A stretch of DNA of 61,715 bases, counting the filler, from Thermodesulfobacteriota bacterium (lineage in GTDB: Bacteria; DASVDK01), in NCBI GenBank assembly GCA_036381125.1. It is 6 parts of 6 records of this genome, joined end to end, with 100 filler letters (N's around TTAATTAATTAA, not from the genome) between each part and the next. Parts side by side here need not be neighbours in the genome. Positions count along the whole stretch, not along the records: positions 57,601 to 61,715 come from DASVDK010000249.1; 5 more parts are not named here. One strand, given 5' to 3'. Shown piece by piece: positions 60,447 to 61,715 of this stretch. The position numbers and the translations under genes were made by a program. Every line of letters starts with the position of its first letter. Within the stretch, counting starts at the first letter, position 1. The notes beneath the pieces are model-generated. The model was given only the letters and a program-made list of their open reading frames with translations, had not been told where the DNA came from and ran no database searches.

Positions 60447-61234
60447 CCGACGCGGCGCCGGACCTCTTCGCCGTCGTGCTCGCGGCGATCGTGGGGAGCG
60501 TGGTCGGCTCCTTCCTGAACGTCGTGATCATCCGGCTCCCGGAGGGGCGGTCGATCGTCCGTCCCGGCTCGGCCTGCGGCCGCTGCGGGACGCCGGTGCG
60601 CTGGTACGACAACGTCCCGGTGCTCGCCTGGCTCTGGCTGCGGGGGCGCTGCCGCGCCTGCGGCGTCCGCCTGTCGGTCCAGTACCCGCTCGTCGAGGCC
60701 GGCACCGGCCTCCTCGCCGCGGCCGCGGTCCTGGCCTTCGGGGTCACGCTGGACGCGCTCGTCGCCTTCGCCTTCCTGGCGGCGCTCGTCGCCGTGAGCG
60801 GGATCGACCTCAGGATCCGCGAGATCCCCGACGCGATCAGCCTGCCGGGGACGTTCCTCGGCCTCCTCGTCTCGCCCTGGTCGGGCCTCGTCAGCTCGCC
60901 GTCGGCGGCGCTCGTGGGGGCGCTCGCCGGCGCCGGCGGGCTCTACCTCGTGGCGGCCACGTACGAGTGGATCCGGGACCAGGAGGGGATGGGGCTCGGC
61001 GACGTGAAGCTCCTCGCCATGATCGGCGCGGTCCTCGGCTGGGAGGCGCTCGTGCCGACGGTCCTCCTGGCGTCGCTGGTCGGCGCGGTGGTCGGGATCG
61101 CGCTCACCGTGGCGAAGGGGCGCAAGGACCTCGCCCTGGCGATCCCGTTCGGGCCGTTCCTCGCCCTCGGCGCGGCGGTGACGCTCCTTCTGCCGGGCTG
61201 GTGGATCGCGCTCCTGGCATGGCTTGCCGGTTGA
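60443..61234 (+). CDS. pilD: Prepilin peptidase
   Basis: GSFLNVVI, SACGRC, GRCRAC, GIDL, GMGLGDVK, PFGPFL. Confidence 0.93.
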   Translation: MTDAAPDLFAVVLAAIVGSVVGSFLNVVIIRLPEGRSIVRPGSACGRCGTPVRWYDNVPVLAWLWLRGRCRACGVRLSVQYPLVEAGTGLLAAAAVLAFGVTLDALVAFAFLAALVAVSGIDLRIREIPDAISLPGTFLGLLVSPWSGLVSSPSAALVGALAGAGGLYLVAATYEWIRDQEGMGLGDVKLLAMIGAVLGWEALVPTVLLASLVGAVVGIALTVAKGRKDLALAIPFGPFLALGAAVTLLLPGWWIALLAWLAG

Positions 61235-61260
61235 CAGGGCGCCGGCCGGTCGAAGATAAT
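61231..61260 (+). promoter_or_regulatory. Possible sigma-70 promoter
   Basis: TTGACA-N18-GATAAT overlapping the pilD stop. Confidence 0.5.
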
Positions 61261-61296
61261 CCGCGCGGCTTCTCGAGGCCGGCGGGGGAGCGGCGC

Positions 61297-61715
61297 ATGG
61301 AGGCAGAGGGGCGCGCGTCGAGTCCCGGTGCCGCGCGAGCCGCGGCCGCCCCGGCGACGGCGGCGGGCGGGTCGGCGCGGCCGGCGGCGCCCCCCGCGCG
61401 CTGGCGCTTCGGGCTCCGGACCGAGATCGTCGCCAGCATCGCGATCGTGCTGGTCGCGGCCCTCCTGCTGGTCGGCCTCGTCGTCATGAAGGTCATCGAG
61501 CGGATCGCGCTCGACCAGCAGGTCCGCTTCGGCGAGGCGGTCCTCCAGTCGCTCCAGTACAACGTCGCGCTCGCCTTCCCGGCCGGCACGGGCGCGCTCG
61601 AGTCGCTGCGCGGCGGCCCGCTCGAGACGGCGGCCGCGCTCTACGCCACCGGCGGACAGGTGCTGCGCGTCGTGGTCACCGACCGGCAGGGCGTCGTCCT
61701 GGCCGACACGGACGG
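61297..61715 (+). CDS. Probable membrane sensor histidine kinase, 3' partial
   Basis: Open to the window end; N-terminal TM (LRTEIVASIAIVLVAALLL) then Cache-like VVVTDRQGVVLAD. Confidence 0.55.
   Translation, partial: MEAEGRASSPGAARAAAAPATAAGGSARPAAPPARWRFGLRTEIVASIAIVLVAALLLVGLVVMKVIERIALDQQVRFGEAVLQSLQYNVALAFPAGTGALESLRGGPLETAAALYATGGQVLRVVVTDRQGVVLADTD

Overview
This window is very GC-rich bacterial DNA (likely a draft or metagenome-assembled genome). It is six contigs joined by artificial N/TTAATTAATTAA linkers (28498-28597, 33203-33302, 36446-36545, 48043-48142, 57501-57600), so adjacency across linkers means nothing. Most long ORFs in the supplied track are GC-rich shadow frames, and many starts were re-called here. 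Contig 1 (1-28497) is a stress/dormancy-type island: LigD phosphoesterase, CapA, DUF2267, two HPF/RaiA proteins, a PRTase-hydrolase fusion, class II RNR, CBS protein, Prs, PolX, Lon-like protease, VIT1, a complete N-ATPase operon (atpDCQRBEFAG), two USPs, an HAD-GH65 fusion, a DASS transporter, an HTH protein and a PAS/GAF kinase. Nine sigma-54 (-24/-12)-like promoters precede its transcription units. Five intergenic regions also carry a tandem 16-bp palindrome at nearly constant distance from a promoter. The cargo parallels the mycobacterial DosR dormancy regulon, but control looks sigma-54/enhancer-based; this is the main candidate for an undescribed system. Other contigs: corC-lnt-prfB (programmed frameshift)-lysS; a degenerate NtrC-like regulator divergent from an RpoD-like sigma; ftsH, a LysM transglycosylase, trpS with a Trp-Trp leader-peptide attenuator, dacB, tctCBA-UroD-like-nagZ; ridA, an NCS2 permease with a structured leader, a PLD-like protein, a prpD remnant, tctC and suf genes; wzm, an oxidoreductase, GT4, pilD and a probable sensor kinase. 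No rRNA, tRNA, CRISPR array or IS element was seen. All family calls are from motif recognition by eye, not database searches.
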